From Laetmonice hystrix (taxonomy: Eukaryota): a stretch of DNA of 64,000 nucleotides. Location of the stretch: assembly GCA_965235115.1 (NCBI GenBank), contig OZ249436.1:6696001-6760000 (forward strand), read 5' to 3'. Positions 41,659-54,821 of this stretch are shown in pieces; the stretch's first letter is position 1; every line of letters starts with the position of its first letter. A model generated the notes under the pieces. The model saw nothing but the letters and a program-made list of their open reading frames with translations. It was not told the origin of the DNA and ran no database searches. Both the position numbers and the translations under genes were made by a program.

Positions 41659-44600
41659 AGTACATTTATAGACCGAAGACTGCTCGGGATAAATAGATGG
41701 TTTACGAGGAAAATCAGATGTGTACCTGTCACAGCCTAGAACTGTTGGTGTAAACCCTATTCTGTGTGGCACCGTGCAGAAGAATATAACCTCCACCTTA
41801 AAAAATATAAGAATATCAAATCGTAAGTACCTAGGCTATCCCCCCCCCCCCCCCCCCAGTGGCCCCAAACCACACCAGCTTCAGGAGGAAAATCTCACTT
41901 CATCTAACTCGGTCTAAATTATAGGAAATTGTATCGCCCGTGCTATAGGATCTATAGATGCGACATTTAGATTTTTTTTCAGATCTGCGGAGATTGTTCG
42001 CCGATAAATCTATAGTCATACATTATGATGTCAAGAAACGTTCTTGAGAGCCATGTTGGTCCATCTTCTATCCTTTAAAATACAAGACAGAAATTAAAAA
42101 TTAAAATGTTCAAGCCTTGGAGCCACTTCAGATGCCAACGGTGACATTAATGTAACAAATGACCGTCTAGCTACCGGTACTATCTCCCGTTGAGCTCTGA
42201 CCTAGTTTAACATCAAGACACACAACTCTCCCGTCTCAGGCTTCCTTCCTGTCGTGATCCTTCCCAGAATTCTCTTCTCTCCGCGTCTCATTCCAATCGG
42301 TCGGTGACAGTTTCATATCCTCCTCACGGAAGTGCGGCTTTCCTGTTGAGCGATATAAGGAGGGTTTCGCCGATGTCTGCAAAGGGCTGTGTAGAAGAAG
42401 CCAGTGTCTTGTCACACGGATTGTGTTGTTTCGAGCCGTGCGTCTGTAGTATAGACTGCGAGACACTACGTATACATGGTGGAAAGATCTTGAAGAAGAA
42501 ATCCAAACTACATGTATCGCTTTCATCCATCTTTTTCTCCCTTAATTATGAGGGTCTGCAGTATGTGCTCATTCATGTTAATGTATAGGCCTATTCTCAA
42601 TGTACGCAATGTAACTGATGGATGAGGCCTCTCTCTCATTTCGTTTGCCTTTAAATTTGCTTTAATAGCTTAGTAACCCCTTGGCTTTTAATTGCTACTT
42701 TTATGGTCTTAGCTCCCTTTAGCTGCTGGCCTTGGTTCTGGTACAATTATGTAAGTTCAAATCGTTAATACGATACCCTGGTAGCCTCAGGATATAGTCT
42801 AATCCGTCTTCGAATTCACTGTTCCATTTACTGACACGTAGAGTCAGTTTAGCTATACTCGTATATTATGGTTAACGGTTGGAGGGCGTTCAGTAATAAC
42901 TTGTCTTTATACGCGTCATGTGAATTACACGTTGGGCATATGTTGATGCCAAGGTCACACCTGATTTCCTAGGCTTGACCTTGTGTCTGATCTCTCCCTG
43001 ACCTTGAACACACTTCAACTTTTTGTAGGTTGACGGAGGTCTGCACAAAGAAAAACCGAATTACATACACATGTGCTGCATGTGGCTACTGTCTGCCTAA
43101 ATGAAAATTTTGTAGCAATTTGTGTTGTAACTTTATTATAAGGGTAAATATATGCGTCAAAAGACTAAGTATAAATCATATCTTTTTTAAATGCATGGAA
43201 GTCCTGTAGAATATTGGGCAATACGTTTCGATTACCGTTTTCGTAATTTCTTAATTTACCGTTGCTGCTGACGGAAGGGAGACTCCGTTAATTTTTAGCA
43301 GACGGTTGCCAGTTGCCAGCCCATCACGAGGCAGCCCCACCCCCACTTTACGTCGCCTGGTATCGATTCTCGGCGCGCCAGATCGTGTGAAGCTAAGAAG
43401 GCGTTTGGAAGCCCTCTCGCGCCCCATTGTCGTCTGCTAATGAACCATGCAACGCGATCATGGCCGAGATTTACGAGAAGACGAGCCGATATCTGAAGAA
43501 TTGCTCACTTCTCCGTCTGATATTCACATGCTGTCATGTTTTAACACTTCACTGCCCGATCTGTAGTCCACGTCTTGAGTGGCAAACGGATCGGCCGACA
43601 AGAGAAGAACATGTTAGAAATCGAGCGTAGTTCCTTTACGTCGCCCATTGTCATCAATACTTGGCCGTCCTGCTTCTTGAACGGGCGTTCGAGAGGGTGT
43701 CACTGAATGGGAACAATAGTATTAGAGCTACGACTGTGCCCTGTTGAATTCCATGGGACAATCTGACTGGTGCAATAGAACGCGAATAAATATTTGCAGT
43801 CTAATCGGTGTCCACACGCACCCTTAAGGCCTGTTATGTATACTGCAGTGAACTGCTGTTTACATTTCGTATAACATTGCTTTTGTGTGGGCGCGTAATA
43901 CAGACACGGCTAAACACACACAGTCGACCAATGCTTATGCCCAGCTATTAAACACACATTTATCGGACTGCGGCCAATGTCTATAACCTATTTCCATTCA
44001 AGATTAGTTATAAGAAAGTTGACATAAGCCGTCCCACCAGACTATGTTGTAACAATATTATCCCAAGTTAATATTTACATCTCGGTCTGTAGGTGCACGA
44101 ACCATAGATTTAAGAATATCTTCTATTGATTAGTACTTCAAGAGAAGATTACATTTGTTCGGTTGGGTAGGGATAGCTGATAACATAGTCCAACAAAAGT
44201 CATCGTTATATTGCGATTTTAGGAATAACTTATGTGTTGTTTACATCAGTTCGTCTCGATTGGCGTTGTAATGGCCTGGAAATTTCACAAGTAGAGCGAG
44301 GGGATTGAATTGAATATTAAATTTTGATATTGAGCAGAACATAGGGGGGCCTACACATAATTAATCTGTACTAATGGGGTGTTGTGTGGTGAGCGGTCGT
44401 GAGTTCCGTGTGATAGACCCGCAACAGGACGATCAGTTTCCTATATGCGTCAAGTGCGGTCGGTAATTTTTACTGAGACAGGTCAACGAACCAGTGACTG
44501 GACATCTGCCTTCATACAGGTGTCAACCTTGACCATCTGCCGGATCCCTGGGGGTCAGTCGACTTGGGACCAGGGAGGTGTCGGGTCAATGGTCAATGAC

Positions 44601-44724
44601 TATCACTGACCACTACTGACCAGCATAGGACGAGCACCCTGCCGGTTTGACCAACACCCTCAACTGTAAACGAACTAAATCGGGCAAACTAACAATTGAC
44701 ACCTTGCCATTTCAGCCCATCTGC

Positions 44725-45045
44725 CTGGCGACGACGTGAGAGTTTTAAATGTGTCAACGAGATATCTCATGAATATAAATGACCTTGGCATCCCATGAAC
44801 CTGTAGGTTACGTGCATTCTACACGTTGTGTTCACAGATCGTCGTGAAGATGGCCCCAGATGACGACACGGCGTAAAACCACCACTACTCACTCACTCCT
44901 TCAAGCTTACAGACATTTGGGTCGACTAGATGTTTACCTTTACGGCGATGGCAATGAAGAAAACCTCTGCTGTGACGATGCCACAGTTAAAATGACCATG
45001 GTATACGAGAATGGCATACACTCTATATGATCCACAGGTGTTCGA
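44725..45045 (+). mobile_element. Decayed LINE RT catalytic-core relic
   Basis: YLMNINDL ~ FLIYINDL; VKMAPDD ~ VKMFADD; LQ...WQ with the spacing of LQEDLDKLEKWSKDWQ; YTLYDPQV ~ YTL.GQV. Confidence 0.6.
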
Positions 45046-46692
45046 TCCTGCATAGGACGATACGAATGGGAAAGAGGCTAATACATAAGTGTCGGGCCGT
45101 TCCGAAATGGTTAACAATGGGACAAACAGGATAGAGACCCTTTATAAAAACACACATATAGGGCCTCCCAACAGGGGCATTTCGGTCCATGCATACATAC
45201 GTTAATGTTATTGATTTTAACTGAGACATCCTGTACAAAAATCATTATTCGAAATCTAAACACGGACCCAGGGGACACCTGTCACTGGTGATAATATTGA
45301 TAACCCGACACAAATACATACCGACAGAGACCGGCCGTTAAAATATCGGTCAAAAGGTCGACCATCCTTATTTTCAGACAAACATCCAGAGTACAATTTT
45401 TTTAACTATATATAGATATATTCCGAGACACAGATTGGTAAAAACGTTCGCAATCTGTTCCGTTAGAACATGTATTAATTTATATGTGTACTGGACGTTG
45501 GACAAGAAGGACATGTTTCATGTTCAACACGGCTAGTATTTACCTTTACACGGCAACCCGCATATCGGCAACAAGTGGCGTGCGCTACAATGTGCCACAA
45601 TGCGCCACAATGTGCCACAATGTGCCGGATGTTCCAGGGCGACGCTCTCAAAGGTCACAATGACGTCACGTGACAAATGATGGGAAACTCATCGAGAGGT
45701 TACGGGGTGGGGTTATCGTTCGGGTGAACGTCGTTTGGTAGATCATGTTTCCAAAACGGCTTGCTCCATGTTACTGTGTACTGCCCCCATGTACCTGAAC
45801 GTGAAATAGTCAGGTTTCCGGGCCGCTGTCCTTAATGTGAATCAGTATACTGACGCCTGTACGCCACATGACGCCACAGGCGTCAATTTACTTCCCAGTG
45901 AATGCGACATGGACAATGGTTCAGATGAGTTCACGAAACGCGTGTGGAACACATGCTCACAGCGTCATATCGTCAGGTAAAACGTCAAGAAAATCAAATG
46001 TGCAAATTTTATGTCGTTTTGTTATAGCTACACGAACATCTTAACAAAATGTTACATTTTCGACCACAGAGGTTATTATGTTATTTCACTGGTTACCATG
46101 TGAGCCCAAGAGGTTTTTCTAGTTTGGTTTGAAATAAACCTTCACTTAATATCCTTATACACATAAATCTCATTTCCACAAAATGCTGTAAATAGCCACT
46201 GTATATAAATTAAATTCTCAGCGCGCATGGTTTGACATTTAGAAGAAGAATGGGGTCAAATGAAGGTACATGATTGTATTGGCGAGTGGACTCGTGGATT
46301 ATCATTAAGTAGGTCAGACCATTCAACCCTCCCGATGTGAGCCCTAGACGTTCTGGGGGTATCCGCCTGATCTGCCACTCCCAGCCTCAGTCACATTGAG
46401 GCGGGAAACCCGTTATAATTACCAGCACGGCCCACACGTTATTTTTCAAATTCCCCCGTGGCCCTCGCCTCGCCTCGACCACTGACACGTAGCCGCCATT
46501 TCGTTTCCGCTGATACATGAAATATGAAAATTGTTGCTGTAATGTATTGCCGTGGTTGACCCATGATGCCCCATCGATTGGAGAAATAAATGGAAAAGTA
46601 AATATATTAATTAGATCCAGTATCGGAAGGATAAAGATAAGGTCATTACATCAACTGGGAGATGAATTAGTATGCATCGACTCCACAAACAT

Positions 46693-47305
46693 GCACACCC
46701 TACCCACCATACATCCCGCCTACCTCAGGCACACCCCACCCACCACAGGCACACCCCGCCCACCATACATCAGGCACACCCCACCCACCACAGGCACACC
46801 CCACCCACCACAGGCACACCCCGCCCACCACAGGCACACCCCACCCACCATACATCAGGCACACCCCACCCACCACAGGCACACCCCACCCACCACAGGC
46901 ACACCCCACCCACCATACCTCCCGCCCACCACAGGCACACCCCACCCACCTTCCCGACGGCCCACCACAGGCACACCCCACCCACCATACCTCCCGCCCA
47001 CCACAGGCACACCCCACCCACCACAGGCACAATCCCCCACCCACCATACTACCCACCCACCACAGGCAGACCCCACCCACCATACCGCCCACCCACCACA
47101 GGCACACCCCACCCACCTTACCGCCCACCCACCACAGGCACAATCCCCCACCCACCATACTACCCACCCACCACAGGCACACCTCACCCACCACAGGCAC
47201 ACCTCACCCACCATACTGCCCGCCCACCACAGGCACACCTCACCCACCATACTGCCCGCACACCACAGGCACACCCCACCCACCATACCGCCCGCCCACC
47301 ACAGG
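46693..47305. repeat. C/A-rich degenerate minisatellite based on a ~20-bp core
   Basis: CACACCCCACCCACCACAGG core with CATAC and CCCGCCC variants; source of the Pro/His/Thr-rich and Gly/Val/Trp-rich ORFs. Confidence 0.95.
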
Positions 47306-47670
47306 TCCTGTTTTTTACAGAAGGATGTGGCCTCGTATCCGACCCCTGTCCCCCCCCAGACGAGACACAGCCTTTCCTGTAGCGCAGCGGAAATAGTCTA
47401 TCCACACGACTGTAGCAGAACGCCCTCGCGTTGCAAGTCACAAGAATACGCCATAAAAAGGATAATATGTTTTGGGTCAGTAAAAGGGAAATTAACGGTG
47501 ATAATTTTTTGTTTCGTGAATATGATCAAGGGATAGAACATCGGAATTGCTGCGGGGCATATTAGCGATGCGGGAAACAACTAGATGATGGTAATCACAT
47601 TCTACTGGTTCTTACCGCCACTTTCTACATACTACTACCGTGCGGTCAAAGCGTGAGCAGCCGTCTATGT

Positions 47671-48274
47671 GTCCGACAGTCACAGGACATACTCTGTAGG
47701 CAATGCTTGCGTCAGTGACAGGACATACTCTTGGCAATCATGTATCCGTCAGTCACAGGACATACTCTGTAGGCAATGCTTGCGTCAGTGACAGGACATA
47801 CTCTTGGCAATCATGTATCCGTCAGTCACAGGACATACTCTGTAGGCAATGCTTGCGTCAGTCACAGGACATACTCTGTAGGCAATGCATCCGTCAGTCA
47901 CAGGACATACTCTAGGCAATGCGTCCGTCAGTCACAGGACATACTCTGTAGGCAATGCGTCCGTCCGTCACAGGACATACTTTAGGCAATGCTTGCGTCG
48001 GTCACAGGAAATACTCTGTAGGCAATGTGTCCGACAGTCACAGAACATACTCTGTAGGCAATGTTTCCGTCAGTCACAGGACATACTCTGTAGGCAATGC
48101 GTCCGTCAGTCACAGGACATGCTCTTGGCAATGCGTCCGTCAGTCACAGGACATACTCTGTAGGCAATGCATCTGTCAGTCACAGGGCATACTCTGTAGG
48201 CAATGCATCTGTCAGTCACAGGACATACTTTAGGCAATGCGTCCATCAGTCACAGGACATACTCTGTAGGCAAT
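47671..48274. repeat. Minisatellite, 34-36-bp unit x ~17
   Basis: CAGTCACAGGACATACTCTGTAGGCAATGCGTCCGT and variants. Confidence 0.97.
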
Positions 48275-48291
48275 ACTTCGGCCAGTCACAT

Positions 48292-48396
48292 CTACAATGG
48301 TTTAAATCCTGATACCTTGTCCCGTCTCCTCGCGTAACCTGCCAGGTAAAGCCACATTATCATGGTCATATTGTGACGTCTGATCAAGTCTTGGGT
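48292..48396 (+). mobile_element. LINE RT fragment abutting the 36-bp array
   Basis: LQWFKS*YL ~ LQWFKSYL; VTSDQVLG ~ VTSGVPQGSVLG. The array unit can read SQDILCR ~ DHDILL.R. Confidence 0.4.
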
Positions 48397-48494
48397 CTGG
48401 TATCGGTAAGAACAATGCGAGCGATGGCCCAGATTCCACCCGCATTTCTCAGAATGATTTTGTGTTCTGTTATTGTGTTCTTGTTTCTATTCTG

Positions 48495-50540
48495 AATGGT
48501 TTTTCAAAGTATTTACTTCACTACCACTCGACGCAGTCTCTGGTAGAAGTTGTATTCATCCTATGTGATAACTACCACTCGACGCAGTCTCTGGTAGAAG
48601 TTGTATTCATCCTAGATGTGATAACTATCACTCGACACAGTCTCTGATAGAAGTTGTATTCATCCTATGTGATAACTACCACTCGACACAGTCTCTGGTA
48701 GAAGTTGTATTCATCCTATGTGATAACTACCACTCGACACAGTCTCTGGTAGAAGTTGTATTCATCCTATGTGATAACTACCACTCGACGCAGTCTCTGG
48801 TAGAAGTTGTATTCATCCTATGTGACAACTACCACTCGACACAGTCTCTGGTAGAAGTTGTATTCATCCTAGATGTGATAACTACCACTCGACACAGTCT
48901 CTGGTAGAAGTTGTATTCATCCTATGTGATAACTACCACTCGACGCAGTCTCTGGTAGAAGTTGTATTCATCCTATGTGACAACTACCACTCGACACAGT
49001 CTCTGGTAGAAGTTGTATTCATCCTATGTGATAACTACCACTCGACACAGTCTCTGGTAGAAGTTGTATTCATCCTATGTGATAACTACCACTCGACGCA
49101 GTCTCTGGTAGAAGTTGTATTCATCCTATGTGACAACTACCACTCGACACAGTCGCTGGTAGAAGTTGTATTCATCCTATGTGATAACTACCACTCGACA
49201 CAGTCTCTGGTAGAAGTTGTATTCATCCTATGTGACAACTACCACTCGACACAGTCTCTGGTAGAAGTTGTATTCATCCTATGTGATAACTATCACTCGA
49301 CACAGTCTCTGGTAGAAGTTGTATTCATCCTATGTGACAACTACCACCCGACACAGTCTCTGGTAGAAGTTGTATTCATCCTATGTGATAACTACCACTC
49401 GACAGTCTCTGGTAGAAGTTGTATTCATCCTATGTGACAACTACCACTCGACACAGTCTCTGGTAGAAGTTGTATTCATCCTATGTGATAACTACCACTC
49501 GACAGTCTCTGGTAGAAGTTGTATTCATCCTATGTGACAACTACCACTCGACACAGTCTCTGGTAGAAGTTGTATTCATCCTAGATGTGATAACTACCAC
49601 ACGACCCAGTCTCTGGTAGAAGTTGTATTCATCCTATGTGACAACTACCACTCGACAGTCTCTGGTAGAAGTTGTATTCATCCTATGTGACAACTACCAC
49701 TCGACACAGTCTCTGGTAGAAGTTGTATTCATCCTAGATGTGATAACTATCACACGACACAGTCTCTGGTAGAAGTTTTATTCATCCTATGTGATAACTA
49801 CCACTCGACACAGTCTCTGGTAGAAGTTGTATTCATCCTATGTGATAACTACCACTCGACACAGTCTCTGGTAGAAGTTGTATTCATCCTATGTGATAAC
49901 TACCACTCGACGCAGTCTCTGGTAGAAGTTGTATTCATCCTATGTGATAACTACCACTCGACACAGTCTCTGGTGGAAGTTGTATTCATCCTATGTGACA
50001 ACTACCACTCGACACAGTCTCTGGTGGAAGTTGTATTCATCCTATGTGATAACTACCACTCGACACAGTCTCTGGTAGAAGTTGTATTCATCCTATGTGA
50101 CAACTACCACTCGACACAGTCTCTGGTGGAAGTTGTATTCATCCTATGTGATAACTACCACTCGACACAGTCTCTTGTAGAAGTTGTATTCATCCTATGT
50201 GATAACTACCACTCGACGCAGTCTCTGGTAGAAGTTGTATTCATCCTATGTGATAACTACAACTAGACACAGTCTCTGGTAGAAGTTGTATTCATCCTAT
50301 GTGATAACTACAACTCGACCCAGTCTCTGGTAGAAGTTGTATTCATCCTATGTGATAACTATCACTCGACACAGTCTCTGGTAGAAGTTGTATTCATCCT
50401 TGCTCCACGAGTCCCTCCCACGATCTGTTGTTGCTGTTAGCGCAGTCACCCCTGCCTTTTTCTAATCGAAGGAACAGTGAGAGGCTGAGAAAGATGAGAA
50501 GTCATTGTGTGTATAGACGGCTTTGATAATGTGTCGCTTC
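48495..50540 (+). mobile_element. Decayed LINE RT relic interrupted by the 51-bp array
   Basis: Left flank GFSKY; unit HSTQSLVEV ~ HSTETALVEV plus VVFI ~ GVFI(DL); right flank HDLLL, FSNRR (50458-50472) and VCIDGF (50507-50524) ~ VSINGF. Confidence 0.45.
48520..50400. repeat. Minisatellite, 51-bp unit (49/53-bp variants) x ~37
   Basis: ACTACCACTCGACACAGTCTCTGGTAGAAGTTGTATTCATCCTATGTGATA. Confidence 0.99.
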
Positions 50541-51516
50541 ATTAAGTCGGAGGGTGGATGGACGGCGGGACTAACTGACTGACGGGCGCGCGGCTCATCG
50601 ACTCCGGGAGGAGCCCAGACCGCGGCTCGTCTACAGATCCTTGGTACACCTTCACTGTCAATGCACCGAGGACACTTGGGTTCTGACGCTTTTGTTAGCG
50701 TCAGAAAGCGTCTATTGTTTGGCGTACAATACCCACTATGAACCGGTAATGCGCCAGCATAAAGCGATACGTGCACGTACCAGTATTATGATCGGTAACT
50801 GCTCCAGGTGCATGCCCTGCATGGGTTGCACGTGCCCCTAGTGCGCCGTATATCAAAGTAGGCTATCTTTACTTTATATTTATTACATAGGGTACACATG
50901 AATAGGTTTAGCAGATGCGCAGCTGAGCCCAATCAAGTCATGGGGAGTAAAGTGACTACGCCTACATCCATACCATCTGATTATGACTGGATCTTGATTG
51001 AAATTTGAGAGGTTACATTTCATTCCCATGACAATAAGCTAGTTAGCATGAATCCGTTTTGCCACTTCAGACACGTCCCCGTATGTTCACTTCTTCCAGT
51101 AAGGATGACCTCCTGCCAGTCTCCATCTTTGTGCTGGTTGTCACAGACTTGACAAGCTATGACCTTCTTGCATGGTCATGAGTGCAGAGTGTATGCTATA
51201 TAAATGATGGTTGTTGCATACCAACATTTCCATGTGAAGGCCCCTATAGGCCGATACGTGCATGGCTGCCGTCAGTAGGGCCTCTGTACAGAAAGGTGGT
51301 CACGCAAGTAGTTCTCCAACCAAATAACTGCCGTGTGTGTTGACTGACACCACCGCCGCCGAGTTCCGCGGTAACTTGCCTCTCACCTGTGTAAACTGAC
51401 AATGTCAACCTGGACCCCACTGTGGAACTACAGCGGATTATAGAGCTGTGGGTACACTAAAACAGGACGCGGGGAGAATTAATCCTGTCGAGGACTCTAC
51501 CCTAACACCGTGAGTC

Positions 51517-52032
51517 CGCATTTCACTCTTAGCATATTCAAATATTGACGCACCACAAAATGAAGATGAGGCACAAAATACGGCCACGGGATGCGCATGC
51601 CCAGTTTGACCCGGACAGTCTCCGCACAAATGAAGAACCTTCTTCGTCGCTCTTTATGAAATTAAAACCAAACAAGTTTCTAATGATGCCAAATGATTTG
51701 GGAGATAATGTATGCGAAGACTTGAACGTGAATCGATTCCTTGGTATTTAGTATGCGAATCAGCAAAGTCCCGATGGGGAATCTCAACAAGGGCATAAAT
51801 ATGAAGGTCAGCCATTATATTATAAGGTGCCTTCAGTATACTAGTAAATTATTGATTCACAGATTGTGAACAGATGTTCTCACTAACATTTGTCCATCAC
51901 ATATCAGCTCACATTGCTGCGTCTACCTTGTCATCCTATTATATATATGTCTATAAATACAATAACGGTCATTTGGTCAATCAACAAAAGTCAACATTTA
52001 ACTTTGATATGTTCGTGCGACACGTTAACTTG
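51517..52032 (+). mobile_element. Decayed LINE RT relic
   Basis: RISLL ~ RPISLL; DLGDNVC ~ DNGDYVC; STL; FDMFVRHVNL has the spacing of FRLFADDTNL. Confidence 0.38.
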
Positions 52033-52929
52033 ATGGGAACCACAGCCGCTCGATATACGTTAGATCTCATCCGGTTTAATCACAAACAAGGCAACTATGT
52101 AGAGGTTGTCCAAAGTGTACTGGCGGGAAACCAAAATAAATATTGATTGCTCGTTGATCATAGGATTAAAACATAAGACAGCACATGCACACACATTTAT
52201 CCTTGACCTTGATCCAAGGTCGTGCTAGATCTTACCATCAAGGACACAGTACATTAATAAGAGGAATTGCGATTCCAAAATGACCAATATGCGACATGAT
52301 CCGAGGCCTAAGACAGTCTGAGAAAATACAAACATGTACACAGGAATACCAACAACCGGTTTAATAGGGACCCAAAACAGAATATTATCGTTCTTTAAGT
52401 TACCTATACATGTATAGCCATAATAGTGATTGTACGGCTGATGCAATTAGGTTTCCCAATGTAAGTTGTGTAGGGACATTATGTCGACAATTGGTGGGGT
52501 ATCGTCCTCGTGTTTGTCTTCATAATATTGTTCCTGTCCGGTTGAGGCAGTGGTGGCGGTCGGCGCGTGAAGTTTTACAGTAAACATGGCCGCCATTCCG
52601 TCAACATGTCGGCTGGCGCGCGGGATTGTGGGATGGTACCCAGGGGTTGGGTTCGTTGTTGTTGCACAGCGCGGGGACCAGGCCACACTGCAGCGTCCCG
52701 TCGACCTGAATGGTATACTTTCAGTGAATAACGTTTATTTGCTAACTGTGCCTATAGCGGGCTTCTGGTGAGCGACTTTTTGAGCAGCAAACACTAGAGT
52801 CAACGTCAAAACCAACAAGTTTCTCCAATCGCACACCAGCTGGACTCGGGCATATAGACAAAGCCAATTTGTGGGTAGCAGTGGTTTCTATAACGTTCTA
52901 TCTTATATACCAGACGATAAGTTCATTCC

Positions 52930-53195
52930 CAGTGGCGTATCCAGAAATTTTTTTAAGGGGGGTTTCCGAAGTTTAGGTTCTTCATAGATGGCCATGCTCC
53001 TCTAGGAAATTTAACAAAAAGACATTAAATAATGCAATCTCGGGACGTCTTGTGTGGAAATATGAATGTTTTCTTTGGTGAAAATAATGCATTTTACACC
53101 CCCTTCTTTTACCAGAATGTCCTTAACAAAGTAATTTTTTAAGGGGGGGGGGGGGGGGTTCCGGGATACTTGGAAACCCCCTGGATACGCCACTG
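52930..53195. mobile_element. 266-bp MITE with 15-bp TIRs and a 5-bp flanking duplication
   Basis: CAGTGGCGTATCCAG (52930-52944) and CTGGATACGCCACTG (53181-53195); ATTCC immediately on both sides; internal poly-G; no ORF. Confidence 0.8.
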
Positions 53196-54821
53196 ATTCC
53201 CTCTGTGAAAATCGATACATATAGGCTCTAATATACTCCGTCAACGATCGTGTAATAAAGTGATCAAACATATCCTACTAGATGAGGCTAAATTAGGTGA
53301 CAGAAGTGTCGGAAATATTCTCATAGACGTCAAACAACAATGAAATAATAATAGTTATAAATCAAAATGGCAAACAACAGGGGTAAAAGAAAGACAGCAC
53401 CAGGCATCACGACACGGACAGATAGATTGGGTAGTGCCGTAATCCAGTTGGAAATATGTAACGTGCATCATAATTTCAAAAGTGCAATTCACAATGTCAG
53501 GCGAAACTTTCAAGAGAATCTCAGAAAAAAACCTCGCACAATGAGTTTGAGGGCGATGCCGCCAATTTTGAAAAAGGCAGCGTTGTGAGCGGAAGTCCGG
53601 CCGGGTGGTAATGGCAGTGACGGAAGACTGTAAGCGCCTAATAAGCCGGATCAGCTTGTTGAGCGCACCTGTCAGTTGGAGACATTTCCCGGCAGTCTGT
53701 TTTTACCACTTCCGGTTACAAAGCTCCTTTCTGACGAGCTCCTCGCTGCATCCCGTTAAACGTCAACATGTTGCCATCGTGTTTGTGCATCAAACATGTA
53801 AATAACGTCGGTGTGCTACAAGTTTGAGCTGGAAATCGCTCATCCATGATTGCAGTCAGTGCGGGCAGACACCGACACCGTAACCTCAAACAGCGTTGTA
53901 CTGCTTCTTTAATCCTCAAAGCCAACAAGCAGCAAGGATGGTTACACGAAATTAGTCCAAGGGTAAGACGGTTAATCTTCTTAAACCAATTAAAGAAGGT
54001 AACTTCTATATTGTGACGGGTAACTCCTGATGTGAAAACCAACAAGTTGGGGTTGATATGATACCCTGTTGTCGTTCAACTGTAGGGTTTATACTTGGCT
54101 GATACTGGACCCCGGCATGTCAGGGCTCCGGTCTGACAGAGAAAGAATGTCTGGCCTCTTCTGCTTTCCGTGTGTGGCCCCCTTGCCTGCTGTGTCACGC
54201 TGTAGGTATTCTTCGATTCCAAACGCCGCGGGCAAACACATCCTAGTACAAACAGCTCCGACCCCATGTTATCCATTCTTACAATACAGTAGTGCGGACA
54301 GGGAAATCAACGACAACAACAAGTATGCGGATTTGTAGACCTCCTTTTTCTGTTTGAAATGCGTTATTCAACTGACAGCAGATTGATTACAAATGTTAAA
54401 AAGCCTTCACTTCCTTCCTCCAAAAAAACCCTACTTGGCCCCTTAATACCTTGGATGATAATGTCTGCAGGGGATATCCCCAGAGTTAACATTGAGAGAG
54501 GTTCTACGTGGACCCGTGTGCCAGCACACTTGTAACACATTACGACACTGACGATATTGGATCCAGATGAAGAAAAATCTCTTGACGATCGGCACCAAGG
54601 CTGTGGTCGCTCAACACGGACGTCAAAGACCAGATACAAGGGTTTCCTAACCAGATGCCCGTGTCAAACATGTGGAGAATTGTGTCAAAAGATTACACAG
54701 TCGCCATGTCAACCGATTGCGCCATACTGTCAGACACCATGTGCACTTCAAAGGGATGTATTGTCGTGCGACGTGTATCGTTTATTTGTTTATCTTCAGG
54801 GTAGAAAACGGTTTTTTCTCC

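Noticed and set aside
45851-45885. 10-bp inverted repeat TGACGCCTGT...ACAGGCGTCA
   Set aside because: About one such stem is expected by chance in 64 kb when loop length is free.
46517-47536. 339-aa Pro/His/Thr-rich ORF (mucin- or extensin-like)
   Set aside because: All frames on both strands are open across the C/A-rich array, and there is no signal peptide or splice support.
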